From Candidatus Poribacteria bacterium (GTDB lineage Bacteria > Poribacteria > WGA-4E > WGA-3G): a stretch of 64,000 nt of DNA. Positions 37,017 through 47,833 of the stretch are shown piece after piece. Made by a program: the position numbers and the translations under genes. The stretch spans positions 172 through 64,171 of the forward strand of contig JAJDWI010000112.1 of assembly GCA_022825665.1 (NCBI GenBank). The letters run 5' to 3'. The notes under the pieces were generated by a model, which was not told the DNA's origin, did not search any database, and saw only the letters and a program-made list of their open reading frames with translations. Within the stretch, counting starts at the first letter, position 1. Each line of letters opens with the position of its first letter.

Positions 37017-38054
37017 ATGTACAAGTGTGCAATATTAGGTTGTCGTGGACGGGCGCGCGCCCATGCACGTGCTTACGATAATGTAAAGGGTGGTAAACTT
37101 GCTGCTATCTGTGACATGAAGGAAGACTTACTTGAAGGTTTCGGAGAAGAATTCAAGATTGATTCACGGTACACCGACCTTGATGAAATGCTCTCAAAAG
37201 AAAAACCGGATCTCTTACACATTGTAACTGCACCTGTTTTACGGGGTACTAATGAACGTATTCGGTATCCACTGCTGAATCAAGCTTCTGAACACAACGT
37301 TCCCGCCGTGATTATTGAGAAACCGATTGCAGTTGAAAGTGAAGACTGGCGGCAAATCTATGAACTTTCTAAACGCACTAAGACAAAAATTTGTATCAAC
37401 ACACAACTAAACTTCCATCCCAAAAACTTGGAATTGAAACAGGATGTAGCAGAAGGCAAAATAGGTACGATAAAGTTTATTGAGGCAAGTGCACGAAACC
37501 CACCCGTAGACCAAGCACCACACGTACTTCAGTTAGTCTCCTCCTACATTGATAATTCACGACCTGTGAAAGTGATGGGACAAATCGCAGGTGCAGACAA
37601 GTTGGATGGAGCACAACCCTCTCCTGCAAACGCTAATGGGAGAGTCACGTATGAAAACGGTGTGCAAGCCTCTGTAGCCTTTGGTCCAGAGATGGCACCG
37701 CGTGTATTGCCGGAAACTGGGAGTAGCAGACATAAACGCGTCTGTGTCTTCGGTGAAACGGGATTTGTACACTGGCGGTTTGATAGTTGGGAACGTTACA
37801 CACCCGAAGGTGGCTATGAAGGTGGTGATCTCAATTACGGCGCGCAAAATGCTGTCGCACAAACAAATTTGACTGAGGCTGTATTTGATTGGCTTGACGA
37901 TGAAAGCAAGGTACATCCTACGCATCTCTCTCAATCACTTGCGGAATTCAATCTGCTCCTTGGAATCTACTATAGCGGTTTAAGTCACACCGTTATTGAC
38001 CTGCCTTTCGATCCACCTGATGGAATGATGAACATGTTCAGAGAACAATTGTAG
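37017..38054 (+). CDS. Gfo/Idh/MocA family oxidoreductase
   Basis: MYKCAILGCRGRARAHARAY and the EKP motif (VIIEKPIA). RBS aaggag at 37005-37010. The track start at 36981 is probably too early. Confidence 0.8.
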   Translation: MYKCAILGCRGRARAHARAYDNVKGGKLAAICDMKEDLLEGFGEEFKIDSRYTDLDEMLSKEKPDLLHIVTAPVLRGTNERIRYPLLNQASEHNVPAVIIEKPIAVESEDWRQIYELSKRTKTKICINTQLNFHPKNLELKQDVAEGKIGTIKFIEASARNPPVDQAPHVLQLVSSYIDNSRPVKVMGQIAGADKLDGAQPSPANANGRVTYENGVQASVAFGPEMAPRVLPETGSSRHKRVCVFGETGFVHWRFDSWERYTPEGGYEGGDLNYGAQNAVAQTNLTEAVFDWLDDESKVHPTHLSQSLAEFNLLLGIYYSGLSHTVIDLPFDPPDGMMNMFREQL

Positions 38055-38314
38055 TAGATACAATCTGTATACTCTTCACCTATATGGCGAATTATTAAAA
38101 TAATTGGACATTTTACATGTAGAAGCAACTGGCAAATCAAGAAATCAACGGTATCAATGTCTGTAGGCATTACCGAGTATGAATGCTATTGTCAGAATAC
38201 GCGCATGGAATTCTGTCTGATTTCCCGAGGCACTCCTACTGGACACTGACAAATAATGATACACTGTTTATTAGAAGTGGTATAAACTCTCTTGTAGAAA
38301 AAGGAATAATCCTT

Positions 38315-39469
38315 GTGAATGACATCATCTACATGGACAATCACGCAACAACACCAATTGCACCGGAAGTGTTAGATGCAATGCTGCCGTATTTAACGAA
38401 TCACTTCGGCAATGCATCAAGCACACATCCGTTTGGTGTTTATGCAAAAGATGCGGTGGATAAAGCACGACAACAGGTAGCAAACCTTCTTGATTGCTCA
38501 ACTGAAGAAATTATCTTTACAAGTGGCGCAACGGAATCAGATAATCTCGCTATTGCAGGTGCTGCTTATGCGTTTAAGGACAAGGGTAACCACATTATCA
38601 CAAGCACAGCAGAACATCATGCTGTGCTTGATACATGTCACGTCTTAGACAAAGAAGGATTTGAAACCACATATCTTCCAGTAGATAAATACGGTATGGT
38701 AAATCCTAACGATGTTGAAGCAGCCATAACACCAAAAACCGTATTGATGAGTTTCATGTATGCTAATAACGAAGTTGGGACAATCAATCCTATACAGGAC
38801 ATCGCCAAAATTGCCTCAAAACACGGTGTGCTGTTCCATTCTGATGCGGTGCAAGGAATCGGTAAACTTGAGTCGAGTATGGATGTGTTAGGACTTGATA
38901 TGGCTTCAATTACTGCCCATAAGATTTACGGACCAAAAGGCATTGGGGCACTATACATCAGGAACGGAATTCGTATTGACCCGTTGTTTTTTGGAGGCGG
39001 TCAGGAGAAAGGTGTTCGTCCTGGAACATTGAATGTGGCAGGGATTGTAGGTTTGGGTGCGGCGTGTGCATCGTGTCAGACAGCAATGGAGATGAAAACA
39101 GAGGAAAAAGTCGTTGGTCCTTTGCGCGATACACTCTTCCAAAAATTAGCATCAGAGTTAACAGATATTCATCTCAACGGTCATCCAGAAAATCGTTTGT
39201 TAGGCAACCTAAATCTCTGTTTTGCAGGAGTACAAAGCCATTCACTTTTGGCAGGGCTCAAGACAGTTGCCGTATCAACAGGTTCAGCGTGTGATTCGGA
39301 ATCTGTCACCGCATCACACGTATTAGTAGCGATGGGTATCCCCAATGAGTTAGCGATAACTGCTGTCCGTTTCGGTTTGGGCAGATACAATACGGAAGCG
39401 GAGGTAGATAGCGTCGCGAATGAAGTAATACAAACGGTTAATAGATTACGCACCTTAGCAGAAGAATAA
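38315..39469 (+). CDS. cysteine desulfurase (NifS/IscS class V aminotransferase)
   Basis: IYMDNHATTP, the PLP-lysine block SITAHKIYGPKG, and the active-site block STGSACDS. I prefer the GTG at 38315 over the track start at 38183. Confidence 0.85.
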   Translation: MNDIIYMDNHATTPIAPEVLDAMLPYLTNHFGNASSTHPFGVYAKDAVDKARQQVANLLDCSTEEIIFTSGATESDNLAIAGAAYAFKDKGNHIITSTAEHHAVLDTCHVLDKEGFETTYLPVDKYGMVNPNDVEAAITPKTVLMSFMYANNEVGTINPIQDIAKIASKHGVLFHSDAVQGIGKLESSMDVLGLDMASITAHKIYGPKGIGALYIRNGIRIDPLFFGGGQEKGVRPGTLNVAGIVGLGAACASCQTAMEMKTEEKVVGPLRDTLFQKLASELTDIHLNGHPENRLLGNLNLCFAGVQSHSLLAGLKTVAVSTGSACDSESVTASHVLVAMGIPNELAITAVRFGLGRYNTEAEVDSVANEVIQTVNRLRTLAEE

Positions 39470-39586
39470 GCGGTTAGGCAACCACATCTACCGACGAGTG
39501 TACACTTATTTTTAGGTTTCACTATAAAATGCAGAGAGGACAACATACCGAATCATTGGAACTTACCTATTGTTGAGCGGAGAGAA

Positions 39587-40429
39587 ATGATTGAAATAGC
39601 GTTATTAGAACGCTACACCCAAAAACCACACGTCTTTTATTTTACGATCTGTTTCCTCTTACTAACAAGTCCTGTTTTGGGACAAACAGAATATCCGTTT
39701 GAAATTGCACGTCCGCATTATGTAGGTGCACGTGCCTTAGCGATGGGAAACGCTTTTACCGCTGTCGCCGACGATGCTACCGCAGGTTTTTGGAATCCCG
39801 CAGGTTTAATACAGTGGCAAGGGGTTAAACTCTTTGGCGTAACGAAATTTCATGATCGGCATTTTTATCGATTCGACCCGAAAGGTATCGGTTTTAGTTG
39901 GCGTGGTTATAGTCTTTATTGGGGTAACAAGATCGCTATTGATGTTAAAAGCGGTGTTCCCGATTACAATTACTATAGTTTTGCACGCCAACTCGGAGCA
40001 TATCTTGCTGCAGGATTAAGTCTTAAATTCAAAAGACGACATCCTTCAGATTATTACCAATTTTTTGGTTATCATACCTCTTATGACATCGGATTTCTCT
40101 TTAAACCGCGTCCTGAACTCAAAGTCGGATGTCTGTTGCAGAACCTTGAAGGAGATAGTATTCAATGGGTAACACTCGGTACTGCTTACCAATACATGTC
40201 GTATCAAATCTCCGCAGACATCGCGTTCTCTACCGATGATTTTGAACGGGAGTTTTACTTCGGTGTTGAATGGACACCGACATCGCTGTTTTCCCTACGA
40301 GTCGGTAGTTCAAACGGTGATCTCACTGGCGGTGTCGGTCTGCGGATTATTGATGTGTATTTTAGTTATGCCCGAATATATGAAAGTCGTTTCAGGTCGG
40401 ATTTCATCTCTGCTGAAATACATTTTTGA
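39587..40429 (+). CDS. outer-membrane beta-barrel protein (PorV/PorQ-like)
   Basis: Signal-like N-terminus, GARALAMGNAFTAVADDATAGFWNPAGL, alternating beta-strand pattern and a C-terminal Phe. Confidence 0.55.
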   Translation: MIEIALLERYTQKPHVFYFTICFLLLTSPVLGQTEYPFEIARPHYVGARALAMGNAFTAVADDATAGFWNPAGLIQWQGVKLFGVTKFHDRHFYRFDPKGIGFSWRGYSLYWGNKIAIDVKSGVPDYNYYSFARQLGAYLAAGLSLKFKRRHPSDYYQFFGYHTSYDIGFLFKPRPELKVGCLLQNLEGDSIQWVTLGTAYQYMSYQISADIAFSTDDFEREFYFGVEWTPTSLFSLRVGSSNGDLTGGVGLRIIDVYFSYARIYESRFRSDFISAEIHF

Positions 40430-40452
40430 ATGTTTCAACACAAGCAGAGACA

Positions 40453-41865
40453 TTACTCAATCTTTTCCCAATCCAACGCTTCAGAATCCCATTCAAATTG
40501 TTGTAATGGACCAAATTTTAGGTTGACCGTCAAACTCTTCGGGGTTGGTGAACTGTCGAACAGATTGAAATCACGCACAACAACAAAAGTGTGCTGACCA
40601 TCGGTAATAGCCTTGCATGCTGAAACGAAATCATCAAGATTCCGTACCTGCATCCCATTTATATTCAGGATAACCACCTTTGAGTTTCCGTTGCGTTCCT
40701 GCACACCGACCCGTGAGAAACTGCTACCAGCTGCTGCGTGCGGAAGATAGACACCGTCTGCTTCAAGATAGAGTAACCTACGCAGCTGCGGTGTGATGTC
40801 GTGAAACACAGCACCACCGAATCGCACGAAGCGCTGAACCTTCTTCTTCTCCAAATCTTCCACTGGTACCTGCAAGGTTAGGTTTTCTCCATTCCGATAG
40901 ATGTCAAGAGTCACCTCTTTGCCGACATTCTGATTCAATATAGCATCAAAGGTATATAAATCATCTCGGATAAGTTCATCATTGATACGATAGATGATGT
41001 CTGATGCGCGCAGGAAGTCTTCCCCTGTTGTTCTTGGTACAAGGGATTCAACTTGAATGACCTTCGGGGTACCTGCTTTGGACGGACCGATCTCTTTACG
41101 TAAAGCATCAGGAAAGTTAAAGTGTTTTATGGCTTCTCCAATAGATATGAGTTCAAGATCAACACCGATTTCACCTCGTCGTATCGGCATTTCATTCTGA
41201 ATCAACTCAAGAGCATCAATGAGATAATCAATAGGTAATTCAAAACTTGATGTATCTGTGCCGCGTGCATGGATTGCGATTACTTCACCAACCGTGTTCC
41301 ACACTGGACTACCGCTTGACCCACCTGTTCTGTCAAACGTGGTATGAATGTAACTGGAATGCCTATTCCCTTTGTTAACATTTAGGTTAGCAATTCTTCC
41401 AAATTTGATGGAATATTCCTCTTTCTCGTTGTTGCCAATCAGTAATAACTCATCACCGAGAGAAAGTTCACCCCATTTGCCAAGTTCAACGGCTTGCAGT
41501 TCAAATTCTACTTCCGCAGGATCAATCTTATAAAATCCGAAATCGTGTGTTGGATCATAATAAAGAATATTCGCTTCTGTGAAGCTGCCATCGTGAAAGT
41601 TTATTTTGATATTAGCTGGACTGGTCCCGGTGACATGTTGGTTTGTAGCGATGATTCCACGTTCCGCATCAACAACAAAACCTGTGGCAAAACTTGTGCC
41701 TTTTGTTTCTGTTTCAAAGACTACTTCAGAAGCAGTTTCAACATTCACCACCATCGGTTTGAAACTTGCGATCTGTTCTGTCCAATCGTGTTGTGCATTA
41801 ACATTTGTTATAAAAAGTGTAAAGATTAATAAGAAAATGGATGTTCGTTGAATTCTTTGTAGCAT
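40453..41865 (-). CDS. secreted trypsin-like serine protease with PDZ-like C-terminal domains (HtrA/Nma111-like)
   Basis: Signal peptide. His block IATNQHV. Serine block GGSSGSPVWN. The C-terminal half is PDZ-like. Confidence 0.8.
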   Translation of the reverse strand: MLQRIQRTSIFLLIFTLFITNVNAQHDWTEQIASFKPMVVNVETASEVVFETETKGTSFATGFVVDAERGIIATNQHVTGTSPANIKINFHDGSFTEANILYYDPTHDFGFYKIDPAEVEFELQAVELGKWGELSLGDELLLIGNNEKEEYSIKFGRIANLNVNKGNRHSSYIHTTFDRTGGSSGSPVWNTVGEVIAIHARGTDTSSFELPIDYLIDALELIQNEMPIRRGEIGVDLELISIGEAIKHFNFPDALRKEIGPSKAGTPKVIQVESLVPRTTGEDFLRASDIIYRINDELIRDDLYTFDAILNQNVGKEVTLDIYRNGENLTLQVPVEDLEKKKVQRFVRFGGAVFHDITPQLRRLLYLEADGVYLPHAAAGSSFSRVGVQERNGNSKVVILNINGMQVRNLDDFVSACKAITDGQHTFVVVRDFNLFDSSPTPKSLTVNLKFGPLQQFEWDSEALDWEKIE

Positions 41866-42048
41866 GTTGCTCCTTATCTTTTGAATAAATATGTTGAATT
41901 CATAGGTAAATATACAAGAATATTAACATTTTAAATCGGGAGTGTCAAATCCATTTGAGGAATTTGCGGAGTCTAATGTTATACCAATTCTAATGATTAT
42001 TATCCCATTACTGGATTCAACTATTGTTGTTGTCTGACCACTGAAAGC

Positions 42049-42290
42049 TGAAACATATATCAAATATATTGGATATATATTGTTATCAAACACAATAACA
42101 CTACAAAACCAAACGACCATCAAGTATAATAAAACCTAACATTCAATACATAACTTACAAAATGGAGTAGCCCAATGACTATCAACCAAATTCAAAACGA
42201 AATCCTCAAATAAATCACACGAAACTTATGCAATGCGATGACAACATACCAAAACACAAAAACCGAAAAAAAACAACTAAATGAAGCTTA
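42049..42290 (+). repeat. A/C-rich repeated segment, homologue of 61333-61606
   Basis: tgaaacatatatcaaatatattggatatatattgtt (42049-42084) is matched by tgaaacatacatgaaagctattggatatatattgtt (61333-61368). Both are followed by A/C-rich tracts containing aaaaccgaaaaa. Confidence 0.55.
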
Positions 42291-42499
42291 AATTATTAAA
42301 GTTGATTCGAGGTAGATCCTATAAATATTCCTCGCAAATGACACTTTATTTATTAGAAATGGTATTAGCTTGAGAATCCATAATAGACACTTGTGAAAAT
42401 ATAGACGCAACACCTTTGATATGGTATATTATGGTGTAGTAGATATATAAGCAATTATAGAACTTACAAGACACACCAAAAGCCAAGAGATGTAGGAAC

Positions 42500-43100
42500 A
42501 AAGACAATCTTGACATACTCCCCTGTAAGCATGGGGGATTCTTAGTCCCGTGCCACAGAGTAGATTGTGGTATCAACAAGGGGTGCTTGCCGAAGCAAAT
42601 CTGACCCCGCTACTCCAAAGGTTGATGCCCCAACCTTATGAATATTTATAGCAGCGTTTATATCTCGGTCATGATGGATTTACAGTTATGACAATACCAC
42701 TCACGGATATTCAAATCAAAAAACTTATGTATTTGTCCACAGGCATGGCACACTTTAGTTGTCGGTGTCCATCTGTCCATCTGCACAACGTGCTTGCCTC
42801 GTTTTTGTGATGGTTGTGGACAGGCACAATGACATGCAAGTCTCTCTGAAGATGTCGGTCGCGCTTATGGTTCTGTATCTTGTATTTGTAGGTTCGCATT
42901 GTCAGTTCCTTTCACATTGTCATACCACTTCTAAATGGTGCGGTGGCACTCTCAAGCGAGAGGTAGAATCCACCGCGACAATGCAGAACATATCATACTA
43001 AAAATATACGTAAAAGTCAAGTTTTTTTGGGACGACAAGGAACTTAACGGTGTCCACATCCCAAAGCTAAAGCAACGGGGTCTTGACACCGAAGATTAAT
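42500..43100 (-). mobile_element. decayed IS200/IS605-type element (tnpB remnant plus end structures)
   Basis: The 3' tail ggcacgggactaagaatcccccatgcttacaggggagtatg (reverse complement of 42500-42541) is homologous to the tail at 54343-54385. Hairpin gcggtgg...ccaccgc at ~42939-42975. No tnpA is present. Confidence 0.5.
42542..42899 (-). pseudogene. tnpB: internally deleted, frameshifted IS200/IS605-family tnpB remnant
   Basis: On the minus strand: MRTYKYKI start; in another frame VVQMDRWTPTTKVCHACGQIHKFFDLNIREWYCHNCKS (zinc finger); in a third frame HHDRDINAAINIHKVGASTFGV (RuvC-III-like). Confidence 0.65.
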
Positions 43101-43217
43101 AATAGTTTGCAGCGGACTGCTGTGGGTGTGAAACAGCAGATCAGCCGCAATACTAAAAGTGCCTTGTGGTAAGACACAATATTGGTAAGTTTCGTATTCT
43201 AAATTTCCTTTTGGCAG

Positions 43218-44831
43218 TTATTCTTCGGGCATTTCTGCTTCCGTTGTAAGATAATAATACCCGACGATTATGCACATCTCGTCTTCCGATGTAAATCCAA
43301 ACTCAATCGGCACATCGCGATCGTAATTGTTATGGGTGCACTGAAAACTAAGTCCATCGGTCGCATTGAGCATCAGCGGTGGGTTATAGAACGTGATAGG
43401 TGCGTTATCATAAACGATACTTCTGTGAAGCAATTCATTTGTTGACATCCGCGTAATTTCAAACAACTCACCATGTCTATGCATGTGAGATGTCAGCGTA
43501 ATTATATTCAAGACGGCATCCGAAGGGGCACCGCGTAGGTGAAGTTCATCTTCAACATACCAGTCCATTTTCGTAACACGGGTGAGACCCGGTGGAATGT
43601 TAATATCCGTGTTGGAAACGAAAATCTCTATCGCTTCATGCTTGACTTCTTCAGGCGGTAGTGTGTAAATATTTATATAGGCCTCACCGATGAGTGGTTC
43701 TGTGCCCAATAAGTTGATATAGTGAGAATTCAAGTCGAACAGCGTGTCGCCAGGGAGACGCAGCGCAACACCTTCAGGGAATTGAAAGGAGAAATCCTCA
43801 GTTTGTGTCCCGGCAACAAAGAACCGATGAGACCCCAGATTTCCGAGTGCTTGCGGATCAGCTGGATCAAGTTCACGAAAAACGTGGTTCGGGTCAACGC
43901 CTATTCCCGGTGTGACACCCGCCTGGAGAATGCCTTCTGTTATCGCTGTATCAGTGAGCCTGTATAAGATAAAGTGATGACTGCCTGTCGGGTAGAATAT
44001 CTCGTATCCGTTGATGAATATATCGCCTTCTATCAGATTGCCATTTTCATCACGAATCTGTGTTGCATAAAAGACCTCGCGTTCGGTGCCCGGTTCAATT
44101 GTGTAAGGCGGTAAATGCAACTGATAACCCTGTCCAAGTGGCGGTGCTGACGGTGGCACAAATGTTTCTTCGGGATCTCGTAGTACACCAAGATCACTAA
44201 CGTCTTCTATTTTGCCTGTCTGTGGTGCACCGGCAGTAATCCATTTCCGAATAGCATCTATTTTGCCGGCATGAAGCACGCCACTACCAAATGGCATTCT
44301 TGCTCCATGTTCTTGTGCTATGGGGGCAATCAACTTCGTCAACAAGAAACTATTTTCAGGATTGCCCGGATCAACAAGTTTCATACCCGAAGCCAATGCC
44401 GCCCGGTTCTCTGGTGCTTGTCCAATCAGTTCCTCATAGGAAGATGTATAGGTGAGGTTCAAACCAGCAACATTTCTTGGTGCCGCATGGCATGCACTAT
44501 TCACACAGCTTTTGTCAAAAATATACTCTTGAATAGCGTGATAAGTAGAATGCTCATCTGGCACTGTTTCTCCAAAACGATTACTGACACGAACAAGATC
44601 AAGGATATTGATAACACCATCGCGATTGACATCAGGGTCATGTAAAACCGAGCGATCTCGCGGCTGTCCAAAAGCAGCAGCGACAAGCACTAAGTCTTGA
44701 ATATTTACCACACCGTCTTTGTTCACATCCTCTAACAAGGTCGGGGAATCGCTGTGTCCAAACACAGTAGAAGATACAGACACCATAAGCACAAGAAACA
44801 GAAACAAGCATACTATTTTTTTTAACGTCAT
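43218..44831 (-). CDS. secreted protein: two dockerin-like repeats + PSCyt-like segment + copper type II ascorbate-dependent monooxygenase-like C-terminal domain
   Basis: Signal peptide. DVNKDGVVNIQDLVLVAAAFG and DVNRDGVINILDLVRVSNRFG. FDKSCVNSACH...PENSFLLTKL...IRKWITAGAP. C-terminal SHMHRHG, CTHNNYD and SEDEMCIIVGYYY. Confidence 0.65.
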   Translation of the reverse strand: MTLKKIVCLFLFLVLMVSVSSTVFGHSDSPTLLEDVNKDGVVNIQDLVLVAAAFGQPRDRSVLHDPDVNRDGVINILDLVRVSNRFGETVPDEHSTYHAIQEYIFDKSCVNSACHAAPRNVAGLNLTYTSSYEELIGQAPENRAALASGMKLVDPGNPENSFLLTKLIAPIAQEHGARMPFGSGVLHAGKIDAIRKWITAGAPQTGKIEDVSDLGVLRDPEETFVPPSAPPLGQGYQLHLPPYTIEPGTEREVFYATQIRDENGNLIEGDIFINGYEIFYPTGSHHFILYRLTDTAITEGILQAGVTPGIGVDPNHVFRELDPADPQALGNLGSHRFFVAGTQTEDFSFQFPEGVALRLPGDTLFDLNSHYINLLGTEPLIGEAYINIYTLPPEEVKHEAIEIFVSNTDINIPPGLTRVTKMDWYVEDELHLRGAPSDAVLNIITLTSHMHRHGELFEITRMSTNELLHRSIVYDNAPITFYNPPLMLNATDGLSFQCTHNNYDRDVPIEFGFTSEDEMCIIVGYYYLTTEAEMPEE

Positions 44832-45212
44832 AAGATCCTAACTTTCTATATAGTTGTGTTAATTATTGTAACTAATTTATATAAACTAATGTGAGTTCGG
44901 TATAAGAAAAAGTTTCGATAAATAGAAAACTCCTATTGTATAAAGAAACGGAATTAGTAGTTTTGGACTTAAATAAAAATGTTTAAAAGATCGTAATTAA
45001 CCCTTGTGTAGACAGAGTTTATATAGTATAATATAGATAAGAAATTAGCGGGTATTTACCCCCTAATTGAACACAAAGAAGCGAGTTGCTTTTCTGATGT
45101 TCTTGCTTACCTAATTATTGTATCATTATTGTATCAGAATCCGTCAGGAAAAGCAACTCCCAGGACAAACTCTTTGTCATAAACCCTAATATTACGCTAT
45201 CATATCTAAACC

Positions 45213-46205
45213 ATGAACACACAAAAACTCTTATCAAACATACTACTTAATACCACTTTTTTTCTTCTCTTATTCGTTTGGAATTCGGACGCACAAGTGT
45301 TAATCGACTCTGTGATTGCTGTTGTTGATGAACAGGCAATTACGCAGAGTGAACTCGTAGACGAATTTCGTATTGCTGCTATTACGGATAAACCTCTCTC
45401 ACACGAACCGACTGAAACAAAAAAACAGGAACAATTAAATCTTATCATTCGTCGTAGATTGGTATTAAAAGGAGCGAAAAGGATTGGAATAACTGCCATT
45501 GATCACAAAAAACAGGTGGCAGAACGGATAACAAAGATCCGCGCCAGATTTCCTTCCGATGAAGCGTTCCATAACGCATTACAGAAACAAGAATTAGAAA
45601 TCGAATCGTTAGAGAAGTGGGTATATGAACAGATTATTTATGATGCCTATTATAAGCGTCAATTTGTCAATAGAGTTGATAGCAAAGAAATTGACAAGTT
45701 AGCACCGCAGTACTTTGAAAAGAATAAAGCACAATTTATTGCGCCTGGAAAGGTTACTTTTCGTTCTGTTCTGATAACCGTTCCATCCGACGAATCAGCA
45801 GAAAAGAAGCAAGCTGCAAAACTCCTCGCTGAACAAATCAATGGACGCTTACAGAACGGTGAAACTTATGAGGAGATTGATCAAAGTTTCAAAACTGAGA
45901 AATCTATCAGTTTCAGTTCACAAACCCTTACAACTGATACACCTTTAGGTGCGATTGTTACAGAATTAGAACCCGCTGAACGTAAGGGACCTATTGCCGT
46001 TCCAGAAGGATATCAGATTGTTGAACTTGTAAAGAAAACATCTGCACGTCAAAAAGGATATTCGGAAGTTAAGGATGAGATTGCAGAGATGATCCGACAA
46101 AACAAAGCAGAATCTGAGTTTAAAAAGTGGTTAACAAGGCAAAAAGCAAGAGAACCTTGGTATATCTTTGATGATGCATTAAAACGAGTCCCGAATAATT
46201 ATTGA
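45213..46205 (+). CDS. SurA/PrsA-like peptidyl-prolyl isomerase chaperone
   Basis: Signal peptide. SurA-N-like IDSVIAVVDEQAITQSEL. A parvulin-like segment (FRSVLITVP...AKLLAEQI). Confidence 0.65.
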   Translation: MNTQKLLSNILLNTTFFLLLFVWNSDAQVLIDSVIAVVDEQAITQSELVDEFRIAAITDKPLSHEPTETKKQEQLNLIIRRRLVLKGAKRIGITAIDHKKQVAERITKIRARFPSDEAFHNALQKQELEIESLEKWVYEQIIYDAYYKRQFVNRVDSKEIDKLAPQYFEKNKAQFIAPGKVTFRSVLITVPSDESAEKKQAAKLLAEQINGRLQNGETYEEIDQSFKTEKSISFSSQTLTTDTPLGAIVTELEPAERKGPIAVPEGYQIVELVKKTSARQKGYSEVKDEIAEMIRQNKAESEFKKWLTRQKAREPWYIFDDALKRVPNNY

Positions 46206-46222
46206 TCCTATACAATAATCCT

Positions 46223-47833
46223 ATGAATTTAGCACATCTCAGAACATTTTTATGTTTTCTCCTGATTGTAATCACTGTCCCTGTTATTGGAAACGATTTG
46301 TGGTGGGATGTATCTACATATTCTGTAGAAGTGCAGGAACATCTGGAGAAAGCGCAACACGCATTTAAAGAGGGTGAGTTTGAAGAAGCACTTCGTTTGT
46401 ATCAGATGCTCTCTAAAGATGTGCCTAAACTTCCGAATACACATATCGGTGAAGGGGATTCCTCAGCGAAGTTAGGAGATTACCCGAGTGCAATTGAGGC
46501 GTTTCAACGTGCTTTGCAACTGATTTCAGAGTTACCACAGACTCAACGTTTTGTCCTTGAACCGACCGTGCAAGCCAAACTTGCCTCTGCTTACCATCGC
46601 GATAAGCAACTTGATGAGGCAGATGCATTATTTCAACAGGCTATCAGACAGGCAAATGAAGAAGCACCTGTTTCTTGGTATATCGCTTTGGGACAAATTG
46701 AAACGGAACGGGGTAACTTTGAGAAAGCACGTCAGCATTACATCGTTGCAGTGCAACTGCACCCAGACACAACAGCTGCCTATAACAACCTCGGACATGT
46801 CTTGCTAAAACTCAACCGTATTGATGAAGCAGATGCGGTGTTTCGTGAAGCACTAACATTAGATAAAACTCTTGCAAGTGCTGCTTTCGGTAGAGGTGAG
46901 GTCGCAGTAAAACGTAAACAATTCACTGAGGCACAACATTATTATGAACAAGCTATTCAACAGACACCACACGAACCGATATTTCACAAAGCACTTGCTG
47001 ATGTTCTGGAACAACTTGGTGATACTGAAGCATCTAAGGTTGTCCGTTTGCGCTACAGACATACATTAGCAGAAGTCTATCGCCGTCAGGCACAACGGTA
47101 TATTGAAAAACAGCAGGGAAAGCCTGCCCTTGAACTATTACAGAAAGCACTCAATACGGATGAGAATTATATTCCTGCCTTAGAGGATTTCGCTTATGTA
47201 CAGATGCAGATGAATAACTTAGCATCTGCTAAACAGACATATCGACGCGTTCTTGAGTTAGAACCTATCTCGCGCCAAGCATTGATAAATTTGGGTGGGA
47301 TAGAAGCAAAACTTGGGAATCGAACTGAAGCAGAATCACATTTCCTTTCGCTCATCAAGCATGAACCGGACTTTATGGATACATACTCTCAACTTTCAAA
47401 TTTGCGCGAAGCGTCAGGCGATCTTTCTGGTGCAGAGAATGCACTTACGATGGGTATTCAACATCAACCCGCATGGGCACCGGGATATTGGTGGCGCGGA
47501 CTAATTTACCAACAACAGGGTGAGTCCGGCAAGGCAGAAGCAGATTTTCGTCGTGCAATCCAACTTGCACCAAATGTTCCATATCCAAAAGATGCGTTAG
47601 CATCTTTACTCGCTACAGAAAACAGATCGCTTGATGAAGCATTCACCCTTGCCAAATCTGCTGTAACCAGTGATGAACGACCAACACATCTTGCAACACT
47701 CGCGTTTGTTTACTACCGTCTCAAACGTATTTCTGATGCCAAGCGAGAAATTAAAAAGGCTTATTTACAAAACCCTAAACATCCGTATATTGTAAAGATC
47801 TATTCAGAAATACTACAGACTGATCAAAAGTAA
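46223..47833 (+). CDS. TPR repeat protein
   Basis: Signal/anchor MNLAHLRTFLCFLLIVITVPVIG followed by many TPR units. The track start at 46202 overlaps the upstream stop. The ATG at 46223 is equally possible. Confidence 0.8.
   Translation: MNLAHLRTFLCFLLIVITVPVIGNDLWWDVSTYSVEVQEHLEKAQHAFKEGEFEEALRLYQMLSKDVPKLPNTHIGEGDSSAKLGDYPSAIEAFQRALQLISELPQTQRFVLEPTVQAKLASAYHRDKQLDEADALFQQAIRQANEEAPVSWYIALGQIETERGNFEKARQHYIVAVQLHPDTTAAYNNLGHVLLKLNRIDEADAVFREALTLDKTLASAAFGRGEVAVKRKQFTEAQHYYEQAIQQTPHEPIFHKALADVLEQLGDTEASKVVRLRYRHTLAEVYRRQAQRYIEKQQGKPALELLQKALNTDENYIPALEDFAYVQMQMNNLASAKQTYRRVLELEPISRQALINLGGIEAKLGNRTEAESHFLSLIKHEPDFMDTYSQLSNLREASGDLSGAENALTMGIQHQPAWAPGYWWRGLIYQQQGESGKAEADFRRAIQLAPNVPYPKDALASLLATENRSLDEAFTLAKSAVTSDERPTHLATLAFVYYRLKRISDAKREIKKAYLQNPKHPYIVKIYSEILQTDQK

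Noticed and set aside
38055-38314. Possible riboswitch or leader upstream of the cysteine desulfurase gene.
   Set aside because: I could not recognise any known riboswitch core or a conserved structured element by eye. This needs an Rfam scan before any claim.
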